Part shown: in pieces, positions 29,305 to 36,209 of the stretch
How positions within the stretch are numbered: the first letter of the stretch is position 1
How the letters are laid out: every line of letters begins with the position of its first letter
IMG/VR virus record: IMGVR_UViG_3300027741_000078
Span: 1 to 56,134 of that record
DNA length: 56,134 bases
DNA from: a virus
Lineage: Duplodnaviria > Caudoviricetes
Reading direction: 5' to 3' (one strand)
The notes under the pieces: generated by a model
Seen by the model: only the letters and a program-made list of their open reading frames with translations
Databases searched by the model: none
Told to the model about the DNA's origin: nothing
Translations under genes and position numbers: made by a program

Positions 29305-29696
29305 TTGATAATGTGCTCTCTCGCCTAGACCGGGTAAGCGGCAGGAACGGCTCCTGGACCGCGAAGTGCCCGGCTCACCAAGACAAATCCCCATCGCTTG
29401 CCATCGCGGAGCGTGACGGGGTTGTTCTCCTCCACTGTTTTGCGGGGTGCTCTGCCTATGAAATATGTTCTGCGATCGGCCTGGAGATGTCTGATCTCTT
29501 TCCGGAGCGCGTGGAGACGGGTAAGCCGAAACCTAAGTTCTTCTCCAAGGACCTACTGAAGATCATTCACTTCGAGGCGTGTGTCGTCATGATGCTGGCC
29601 TCTGATGTTGCGAATGGAAAATCTATCTCCCAGGACGACCTAAACCGCGCCTGGCTTGCCTACGAGAGGATTGATGAAGCTCTCAAATTCGCTTGA
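29301..29696 (+). CDS. Primase-type zinc-binding domain protein (no TOPRIM domain)
   Basis: CPAHQDKSPSL...LHCFAGC. Confidence 0.8.
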   Translation: MIDNVLSRLDRVSGRNGSWTAKCPAHQDKSPSLAIAERDGVVLLHCFAGCSAYEICSAIGLEMSDLFPERVETGKPKPKFFSKDLLKIIHFEACVVMMLASDVANGKSISQDDLNRAWLAYERIDEALKFA

Positions 29697-30660
29697 CGGT
29701 ATTGAGGCTCGAGCACGGGCCCTTGACGAAAACAGACGTTTAAGGAAGGAGGAGATTGATGTCGACAGATACGAAAAGATAAGCGAAATTAAACTCAAGG
29801 TCCGGGAGGCCAGCGCCTATCTCCTTGACATACTCGACAGCCGCAACCAGCCAGCGCCACCTAAACCGCTGCAGATGCCGTGGCAAAAGACGCACGGTGA
29901 CTTTGAGTATCGGCTGGGTGAGGTAACCGTCTACGCCGGGTCTAACGGTGGCGGCAAGTCCCTGCTAACGGGTCAGGTTGCTCTTAGCCTCGTGCAGCAG
30001 GGCGAGAAGGTCTGCATAGCGTCATTCGAGATGAAGCCGACCCGTACCCTATCCCGGATGCTGCGTCAGTTCAGCGGAGAGAATACGGAGGGGCTAATGT
30101 ACCCTCAGGAGCGCCTTACGAGCACCGTGATGGCGTTTGATTCGTTCTCTGCTAGCAAACTGTGGCTCTACGATCAACAGGGCACCACCGACGCCAGGAC
30201 GGTGATTGCGATGGCCCGCTACTGCGCGATGGAGTTGGGAATTCGCCACGTTTTCATTGATTCGCTCATGAAGTGTGTACATGGCGAGGACGACTACAAC
30301 GCGCAGAAGGGTTTCATTAACGAGCTGACGGCGCTGGCTCGAGACCATAACGTCCACGTCCACCTCGTGCACCACATTCGCAAGCTCGCGAGTGAGGAGA
30401 TGCAGCCTAACAAGTTTGACCTCAAGGGCTCGGGGGCGATCACCGATCAGGTTGATAACGTCTTTCTAATTTGGCGTAACAAGAAGAAGGAGATGGCGGT
30501 AAAGGCGGGCGGCAGCTACACCCCGTATGAGTACGACCTGATGCTGATGTGCGAGAAGCAGCGCAACGGAGACTGCGAGGAGTGGTATCAGTTGTGGTAT
30601 CACCGCGACAGCCAGTCGTTTTGTGACAACGCAGAGATGACCCTCATTAAATATGATTGA
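29674..30660 (+). CDS. DnaB/T7 gp4-like replicative helicase
   Basis: Walker A GSNGGGKS, SFEM, FIDSL, VHHIRK, LKGSGAI, KQRNG. Confidence 0.9.
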   Translation: MKLSNSLDGIEARARALDENRRLRKEEIDVDRYEKISEIKLKVREASAYLLDILDSRNQPAPPKPLQMPWQKTHGDFEYRLGEVTVYAGSNGGGKSLLTGQVALSLVQQGEKVCIASFEMKPTRTLSRMLRQFSGENTEGLMYPQERLTSTVMAFDSFSASKLWLYDQQGTTDARTVIAMARYCAMELGIRHVFIDSLMKCVHGEDDYNAQKGFINELTALARDHNVHVHLVHHIRKLASEEMQPNKFDLKGSGAITDQVDNVFLIWRNKKKEMAVKAGGSYTPYEYDLMLMCEKQRNGDCEEWYQLWYHRDSQSFCDNAEMTLIKYD

Positions 30661-31030
30661 ACTCACCTTACCCTGGCCGCCCTCGGTCAATAATTATTGG
30701 AAGAAATGGCGCAACCGGATGGTGATCTCCGAAGGCGGGAGGCTCTACCGGGAGGCTGTGGCGCTGCAGGTATCGATGCAGGCCCCTAACACGAGTCTGG
30801 AGTGCCCTCTCGTGGTGGAGATTGAGGCATGGCGCCCTGACCGTCGCAAAAGGGATCTTGACAATCTCTGCAAGGCGACGTTAGATGCTCTTGCGACGGC
30901 CGGAGTGTACCGGGACGACTCGCAGATTCAGGATCTAAGGATTTATTGGGCAGAGCACCTGGGCGGAATGCTCAAGGTCAAAATCAAGGAGCGCAAGCGT
31001 GGTGAAGAACGAGTGGACGAAGGGGTTTGA
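30653..31030 (+). CDS. rusA: RusA-like Holliday junction resolvase
   Basis: LPWPPSVNNYW, PDRRKRDLDN..K...DAL, DDSQI. Confidence 0.9.
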   Translation: MIELTLPWPPSVNNYWKKWRNRMVISEGGRLYREAVALQVSMQAPNTSLECPLVVEIEAWRPDRRKRDLDNLCKATLDALATAGVYRDDSQIQDLRIYWAEHLGGMLKVKIKERKRGEERVDEGV

Positions 31031-31169
31031 TGCTGGGGTGGCGATCATGCTGCTCGAGATACAGGACTACATGGATCTAAGGCCGGAGCAGGAGTCGGTG
31101 CTGCTGCCGCTGCTAGATCATCTTCGACAGGAGGAGCCTATTAGGGTTTCCCCTAGTGAAGAAAGTTGA
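30999..31169 (+). CDS. Hypothetical protein (56 aa)
   Basis: GTG start with AAGGAG SD; translated by hand. Confidence 0.45.
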   Translation: MVKNEWTKGFDAGVAIMLLEIQDYMDLRPEQESVLLPLLDHLRQEEPIRVSPSEES

Positions 31170-31206
31170 AAAAAGTTCACACAAGACGGAAGTTCTTCGG
31201 TAGGAT
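31142..31206 (+). promoter_or_regulatory. Putative early promoter, copy 2, with upstream palindrome TAGGG-TTTC-CCCTA
   Basis: Palindrome 31142-31155, 17-bp element 31169-31185, TAGGAT 31201-31206. Confidence 0.7.
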
Positions 31207-31232
31207 TCTCACATCGCAACCGGAGAACCACC

Positions 31233-31523
31233 ATGAACACCACCGAAATCAACGCAGTAGACACCCTCGGCGCACTCTTGGCCCAGATCGCAACCCTCAC
31301 CGCACAGGCTGACGCCATCAAGGACCAGCTCAAGGATAGCGCCACGATGCCTGGCGGCTCGAAGGTGTTTGAGGGTGCGCTGTTTAAGGCAACCCACTCT
31401 GAAGCAAACCGGTCTACCGTTGACTGGAAGGCTCTGGTCAAGTCCTGCGGCATCAGCGAGAGCAAGATCGCTGAGTTCACCAAGACGACCGCGGTGTTCT
31501 CGATCAAGGTCACCAGCCGGTGA
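31233..31523 (+). CDS. Hypothetical early protein
   Basis: GGAG SD; flanked by putative promoter and terminator. Confidence 0.75.
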   Translation: MNTTEINAVDTLGALLAQIATLTAQADAIKDQLKDSATMPGGSKVFEGALFKATHSEANRSTVDWKALVKSCGISESKIAEFTKTTAVFSIKVTSR

Positions 31524-31533
31524 TTTTTCTAGC

Positions 31534-31565
31534 AGGGGCCCTGTTCGCAAGCGGGGCCCTTTTTC
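31534..31565 (+). terminator. Rho-independent terminator
   Basis: GGGCCCTGTT-CGCA-AGCGGGGCCC stem followed by TTTTT. Confidence 0.8.
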
Positions 31566-31587
31566 ATTTCTTATTTTGGGTGACGAG

Positions 31588-31794
31588 ATGATTAACGTCG
31601 CAGAGAGCATTGTAGAGGTTGGATTACTTGCCAGGAAGTTACAGGAGGTCTGTGCTTTCTCTGAGCCAGATCGTGAAGTTGTCGACGACCTGGTTTCCCA
31701 ATTATTATTTCATTGTTCAAGGATTTACGTTGAGAGCAATGAAGTTACTAGATTTGAGAAACCATTTTGGCAAACGGGGCAACTCCTCAGCTAG
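31588..31794 (+). CDS. Hypothetical protein
   Basis: ATG at 31588 within ORF 31369..31794. Confidence 0.45.
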   Translation: MINVAESIVEVGLLARKLQEVCAFSEPDREVVDDLVSQLLFHCSRIYVESNEVTRFEKPFWQTGQLLS

Positions 31795-32023
31795 GTCGGT
31801 AGGCGAGGAGGAGCTTGTTGAGGCGATGCAGTTTATGTCGTCCAAGAACAAGCGAATCAAGGTCTATAGCAACTATGGCTTTGTCAATCAATCCCACAAA
31901 TTCCCTTGCAGGATCCAGTTTATTGAGGGGCGTCGTATGCCTGACGACTCTTGGGACTGGACGATTGGATGGGAGTCTGGGGCCAGGAAAAACGGAATCG
32001 GTGAAAGGATAATCGTGACATGA
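31739..32023 (+). CDS. Hypothetical protein
   Basis: ATG at 31739; ATGA coupling to next gene. Confidence 0.5.
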   Translation: MKLLDLRNHFGKRGNSSARSVGEEELVEAMQFMSSKNKRIKVYSNYGFVNQSHKFPCRIQFIEGRRMPDDSWDWTIGWESGARKNGIGERIIVT

Positions 32024-32313
32024 TGCGTGATATTGAGTGGAAGAAGTGGCGGGATCAGATCATGAAAAACGACGGCAGTTATCACCCCCTTGAGGAGGCT
32101 CTATACAAGGCCTGGTGCGCCGCATGGGACTCCGCCGTGCATTGTTATGAGGACGCCAAGCCAAACCTGCGTCTTGGGCAGCGTGGAATCATCAAGCTTG
32201 CGATGGACGCCGGGCTAGTGGAGCGTAGCGAGATTGGCGGCCACTACGTCTGCGGTGAGGTCGAGGAGGTGGTGGACTTCGCCAGGCTGATTGAGGACGC
32301 CCATGCAATATGA
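32020..32313 (+). CDS. Hypothetical protein
   Basis: Coupled ORF with AAGGA SD. Confidence 0.6.
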   Translation: MMRDIEWKKWRDQIMKNDGSYHPLEEALYKAWCAAWDSAVHCYEDAKPNLRLGQRGIIKLAMDAGLVERSEIGGHYVCGEVEEVVDFARLIEDAHAI

Positions 32314-32587
32314 GCAGATTATTACGGACTACCTTGACGACAAGGGCGAGATGTTCGTAACCGAGATGCGGATACCGGATATGTTGCGCTCGACGCTTAA
32401 CTCGCGTCTGTCTGTGATGGCGCAGGCCGGCAAGATCAATCGGCGGCAGGAGTGGCACGAGGGGTTTCGCAAGAAGTGCTGGATGTATAGCCTGCCAAAC
32501 CGTGAGAAGGTTTACAAGGGTGCGAGTCCGTATAAAGGGGAGCCGGAATATGCCTACATTCTCAGAAATTTTTTCAGAGCAGCCTGA
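32303..32587 (+). CDS. Hypothetical protein (possible winged helix)
   Basis: GAGGA SD; STLNSRLSVMAQAGKINRR. Confidence 0.55.
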   Translation: MQYEQIITDYLDDKGEMFVTEMRIPDMLRSTLNSRLSVMAQAGKINRRQEWHEGFRKKCWMYSLPNREKVYKGASPYKGEPEYAYILRNFFRAA

Positions 32588-32804
32588 GTGCTACGTCGAT
32601 ACGCCAGAGGTCCTCAAACAGGCGTACAAGGCCGGGTACGCGGATGCGATGGGATGGAAGCGTGACAACTACCTCGAGGACGTCGGCTGGATTGGCCTGA
32701 CGGATGAGGAGATTGACCCCGCCGCAGAGCAGTCAGATAACTATGCGGCATTTCATAGTGGGGTTCGGTTTGCGGAAGCAAAGCTGAGGGAAAAGAACGC
32801 ATGA
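32550..32804 (+). CDS. Hypothetical WxGLTDEE-motif protein
   Basis: WIGLTDEEI...AEAKLREKN. Confidence 0.6.
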   Translation: MPTFSEIFSEQPECYVDTPEVLKQAYKAGYADAMGWKRDNYLEDVGWIGLTDEEIDPAAEQSDNYAAFHSGVRFAEAKLREKNA

Positions 32805-33097
32805 ACCGCGAAGACATCATCCGCATGGCGCGGGAGGCGGAAATTCCCGGATCGTGGGACTTAAATTGGTTTGACCCATATCTTGATCGCTTTGCCGCTC
32901 TTGTCGCCGCGCATGAACGGGAGGTGCCCGTCATGACTGAGTTAGTGATTGATTGTCCTCGCTGCGGCCACTGCTGCCCAGAGCGCCAGTGGGTCGGGCT
33001 GACGGATGAGGAAGTGCAGTACATTGCTGATAGCGAGTATGAAGAGACGTTTGTTCGTTTAATTGAAGCCAAACTCAAGGAGAAGAATGGTGGATGA
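32801..33097 (+). CDS. Hypothetical WxGLTDEE-motif protein
   Basis: MNREDIIRMAREA, CPRCG, WVGLTDEEV...IEAKLKEKN. Confidence 0.7.
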   Translation: MNREDIIRMAREAEIPGSWDLNWFDPYLDRFAALVAAHEREVPVMTELVIDCPRCGHCCPERQWVGLTDEEVQYIADSEYEETFVRLIEAKLKEKNGG

Positions 33098-33284
33098 TTT
33101 AGTTCATCGCCTACGCAAACGAGCAGAGATTCGCAGGCAGATCAGCACCCGCAAGTCTGTGCAAGAGGGCCAACCAGACCGTATTTCTGACTTGTTGGAT
33201 GAGGCTGCTGATGCTTTGGAGAAGCGCCAGTTGAGTTGTTTGATGGGCAAGGAATCTAACGATGATCAGATACGGAATCCTTGA
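33087..33284 (+). CDS. Hypothetical phage protein
   Basis: AAGGAG SD; RLRKRAEIRRQI...DRISDLLDEAA. Confidence 0.65.
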   Translation: MVDDLVHRLRKRAEIRRQISTRKSVQEGQPDRISDLLDEAADALEKRQLSCLMGKESNDDQIRNP

Positions 33285-33402
33285 CGACGAGGGCAAGGTT
33301 GTCCGGTGGGTCTGGGTCAAGCCGCCCTACCCGCACATCGTGAGCAGACCTAAACGTAAACCGAAGTTCGACTTCACTAATTTTGAGCCGGCACCATTTT
33401 GA
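33262..33402 (+). CDS. Hypothetical protein (46 aa)
   Basis: AAGGA SD; translated by hand. Confidence 0.45.
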   Translation: MIRYGILDDEGKVVRWVWVKPPYPHIVSRPKRKPKFDFTNFEPAPF

Positions 33403-33542
33403 TAAACAAAAACTGTCAGCAGTGCAGGGTCCACCCGGCGCTATACAAGGTCCCCACGCTCAAGGGCAACGGGTTCAGGTGGAAATGTGAGGCCTGCTAC
33501 AAGCGCAGGGTACCAAGCGGGATCAGGGAGAAGATTGCGTGA
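33399..33542 (+). CDS. Small Zn-finger-like protein (CQQC...CEAC)
   Basis: TTG start overlapping previous stop; stop overlaps next GTG. Confidence 0.45.
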   Translation: MINKNCQQCRVHPALYKVPTLKGNGFRWKCEACYKRRVPSGIREKIA

Positions 33543-33754
33543 CCGACCTCATTAACAACCCTCCCCACTACACCGCGGGAGGGATCGAGACTATCGACTA
33601 TATGCGGGCCAAGGCGAGCCCAGAGGAGTTTAGGGGATACCTTCGCCTCAACGCCCTTAAATATCTCTCTAGGGCCGGCCTGAAGGGTGATGCTGTGGAG
33701 GACCTGCGTAAGTGTGCCTGGTACGTTAACCGGCTGATCGAGGAGATGAGGTGA
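33539..33754 (+). CDS. DUF3310 (SaV-like) protein
   Basis: INNPPHYTAGGIETIDY...NALKYLSRAGLKG...EDLRKCAWY. Confidence 0.85.
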   Translation: MTDLINNPPHYTAGGIETIDYMRAKASPEEFRGYLRLNALKYLSRAGLKGDAVEDLRKCAWYVNRLIEEMR

Positions 33755-33830
33755 GGTTTCCCGATCAGAACATTTCCGCACCTGAAAGTGGCGCCGGCAT
33801 CACAAACTTCCCGATCGGGGCGGAGTCGAG

Positions 33831-34028
33831 ATGAACTGCCCTAGTTGCAACCTCAAGACGCGCACGATCGACACCAGGCAGTATTACGAGCCGACACTGA
33901 GCTTCAACTGGGCAGCCCGCCGTATCAAGTGCGAGGGGTGCGGCCTGATCAGTAAGACCGTTGAGCTGCCCCACGAGGACTACGAGATGCTCTACCTGGC
34001 GTATGTTGGGACTAAGGGTTTTCCCTAG
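33831..34028 (+). CDS. NrdR-N-like zinc-ribbon protein
   Basis: CPSC...TIDTR...RRIKCEGCG...TVE; GGAG SD. Confidence 0.7.
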   Translation: MNCPSCNLKTRTIDTRQYYEPTLSFNWAARRIKCEGCGLISKTVELPHEDYEMLYLAYVGTKGFP

Positions 34029-34078
34029 TAAAAAAAGTTCAAAAAAGTTCACACAAGCGCCGTCCTTTGTGGGAGTAT
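34014..34078 (+). promoter_or_regulatory. Putative early promoter, copy 3, with palindrome AGGG-TTTT-CCCT and tandem AAAAAAGTTC
   Basis: Palindrome 34015-34026, 17-bp element 34041-34057, GAGTAT 34073-34078. Confidence 0.7.
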
Positions 34079-34124
34079 CTGTCTACGGTCACTACCGATC
34101 GCAAACAACCAGAGGACAGAGAAA

Positions 34125-34451
34125 ATGAAAGTCACCAACGCAACAAAAGAAGCCTGCGAGGCAATCCGCATGATCCGCCAAGGGGATAAGTGGGTGCTGG
34201 TGCATCCGTACTATCCAGGACAGCTTCAGGGGCCGAGCACGCACAGCCAGCCGGATAGTTACGACGTTATCCGAGAGCAAATGGCTAACTGTCGGGCGTC
34301 CCTCGTTATGCACTTAATGGGTGTCTGGACGCTAGACATCGAGTTTTTGATTGAGGAAACGCGTGGCAACCTGAACGAAAAGATTGCTGCCGCGTTGCGG
34401 TATCACCGCGAGGTTGAGATCCCCCATCTTGCGTGGATGAATCAAGCCTGA
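34125..34451 (+). CDS. Hypothetical early protein
   Basis: GAGGA SD downstream of repeated promoter. Confidence 0.65.
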   Translation: MKVTNATKEACEAIRMIRQGDKWVLVHPYYPGQLQGPSTHSQPDSYDVIREQMANCRASLVMHLMGVWTLDIEFLIEETRGNLNEKIAAALRYHREVEIPHLAWMNQA

Positions 34452-34523
34452 ACCAACAAGGGTCCATCTTGGCTCCATCATGGTTACCATGAAGGTAGTC
34501 GCAATCAACGCAATAACGGAGGA

Positions 34524-34697
34524 ATGGTGAACGCAATCAGAGTACGGACGCAGGTCTACAAGCTTGGAAGGGCAATCTTCTACCCCAGCAACTTCAAGGG
34601 GTACTACAGCTTCCCAGGTAACCGCCTGATCACCGAGTGGGAGCTGTTACGAAGGGGCGCCACGGTAGACTACGAGATGCTGTGGCCTGCAGCGTAA
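34524..34697 (+). CDS. Hypothetical protein (57 aa)
   Basis: Translated by hand; start uncertain. Confidence 0.35.
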   Translation: MVNAIRVRTQVYKLGRAIFYPSNFKGYYSFPGNRLITEWELLRRGATVDYEMLWPAA

Positions 34698-34701
34698 TAA
34701 A

Positions 34702-35532
34702 ATGAGTGACCCGTTTAAGATTTCTGGACCAACCTGCATATCATTTTCCGGCGGGAGAACGTCCGCCTATATGTTATGGAGGACACTGGAAGCTAACAAC
34801 GGGTTGCCTGATGAGGCAAGAGTCTGCTTCCAGAACACCGGTAAAGAACGAGAAGAGACACTTAGATTTGTGAATGAATGTTCTGTGAGGTGGGGAGTAG
34901 AGATAGATTGGTTGGAGTTCAGAGACTCCGAGACCAAGTTTGAGAAGGTCACGTTTGAGACGGCCAGTAGGAACGGTGAGCCATTCGAGGCCGTCATCCG
35001 TAAACGTAAGTACCTGCCGAACCCGTTGGTGAGGTTCTGCACCGTAGAATTGAAGGTGAGAACCTGCCACCGATACTTAAAGTCTCTAGGTTGGGACGAA
35101 TGGGAAAGCTGGATCGGCATCAGGGCAGACGAGCAACGCAGGCTTGCGAAGATCAAGAACCAAGACTACGGGCGGCATGAAACCAAGTACGCTCCCTGCG
35201 GCATTGCAGGCATCACCAAACACGACGTAGCGAAGTTCTGGAAGGAACAACTCTTCGACCTAGAGCTGGACAACATCAACGGGGAGACACCCTGGGGAAA
35301 CTGTGACCTATGTTTTTTGAAGAATACGAATAAGGTCATGAGTCTAATTTCAAGAGAACCAGAGCGAGCATTGTGGTGGGCCAAGATGGAAACCATCACA
35401 GAACCTGACAAACCATCCGGTGGTTTCTTCCGCACAGACCGTCCGTCCTATCAAGCGATGATGGACGCGGCCAAGAGTCAGGTAGATATGTTCGACCAGA
35501 GCGAGGACATCTCGTGTTTCTGCGGCGATTAG
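34702..35532 (+). CDS. PAPS-reductase-like (PP-loop) protein
   Basis: ISFSGGRTS, NTGKE, RFCTVELK, IGIRADE, GNCDLCFLK, C-terminal CFCGD. Confidence 0.85.
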   Translation: MSDPFKISGPTCISFSGGRTSAYMLWRTLEANNGLPDEARVCFQNTGKEREETLRFVNECSVRWGVEIDWLEFRDSETKFEKVTFETASRNGEPFEAVIRKRKYLPNPLVRFCTVELKVRTCHRYLKSLGWDEWESWIGIRADEQRRLAKIKNQDYGRHETKYAPCGIAGITKHDVAKFWKEQLFDLELDNINGETPWGNCDLCFLKNTNKVMSLISREPERALWWAKMETITEPDKPSGGFFRTDRPSYQAMMDAAKSQVDMFDQSEDISCFCGD

Positions 35533-35559
35533 CGCTGCTTCTTTTTGTGTCATAATCTG

Positions 35560-35750
35560 ATCTCGCTCCCATGCGGTACGTCGGTGGTGGGAGCTTGCAA
35601 ACCCCGTTACACGAGCGAGCCAGAGCGGGGGCGGTGGGCGAATCCTAGAGCCGGGTGGTTGAAATAAGTCTGGGAAAAGCGTTGCCTAAGGAGCAGTGCA
35701 AAGCGGTCCCGTGTCTCTATATTGATACGGTAAGGACTTGCATTGCCTAA
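35560..35750 (+). ncRNA. Candidate structured non-coding RNA or cis-element
   Basis: Four consecutive hairpins with G-U pairs in a 311-bp non-coding gap; CATAAT at 35551. Confidence 0.4.
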
Positions 35751-35843
35751 GATAAGAATAGAATAGATTGATAGATAGATATATAGCGTGTTTTTTTTTG
35801 ATCAAAAACAAAGAGCACCCAGCACTTTGCGGAGGCATAAAAT

Positions 35844-36209
35844 ATGCACAAAATTACGGATGAGAGTAAGGAAAAGGTAAGGAAACTTGCTGCTGCAGGT
35901 ATTAGGTTTGAGGATATTGCCGCGAAGCTTGGTATATCTAGTGACACCCTTACGCGTAGATATAGGCAGGAGTTAGATGACGGTAGGATTGACGCTAACG
36001 CTGCTATTGGAGAGACTTTGTATCAGCAGGCTAAGAATGGTAATACTGCTGCGATGATCTTCTGGCTAAAGACTCAGGGTGGCTGGCGTGAGAAGAACCA
36101 CGTTGAGGTTACTGGTGAGAATGGTGGCCCTGTTAAGGTAGACACCTCAATCTTTAATGCCATCATCACCAACCTTGAAGCGAAGCGTCAGATAGAGACA
36201 AATGAGTGA
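35844..36209 (+). CDS. terS: Terminase small subunit (HTH type)
   Basis: DIAAKLGISSDTL...TAAMIFWLKTQGGWRE...TGENGGPV; immediately upstream of TerL. Confidence 0.85.
   Translation: MHKITDESKEKVRKLAAAGIRFEDIAAKLGISSDTLTRRYRQELDDGRIDANAAIGETLYQQAKNGNTAAMIFWLKTQGGWREKNHVEVTGENGGPVKVDTSIFNAIITNLEAKRQIETNE

Noticed and set aside
23952-34057. CRISPR repeats or att sites
   Set aside because: Three copies kilobases apart, each at a fixed distance from a -10-like hexamer; no cas or integrase genes
35560-35750. tRNA or tmRNA
   Set aside because: No cloverleaf, T-loop GTTC motif or matching acceptor stem; no tRNA recognised anywhere in the window
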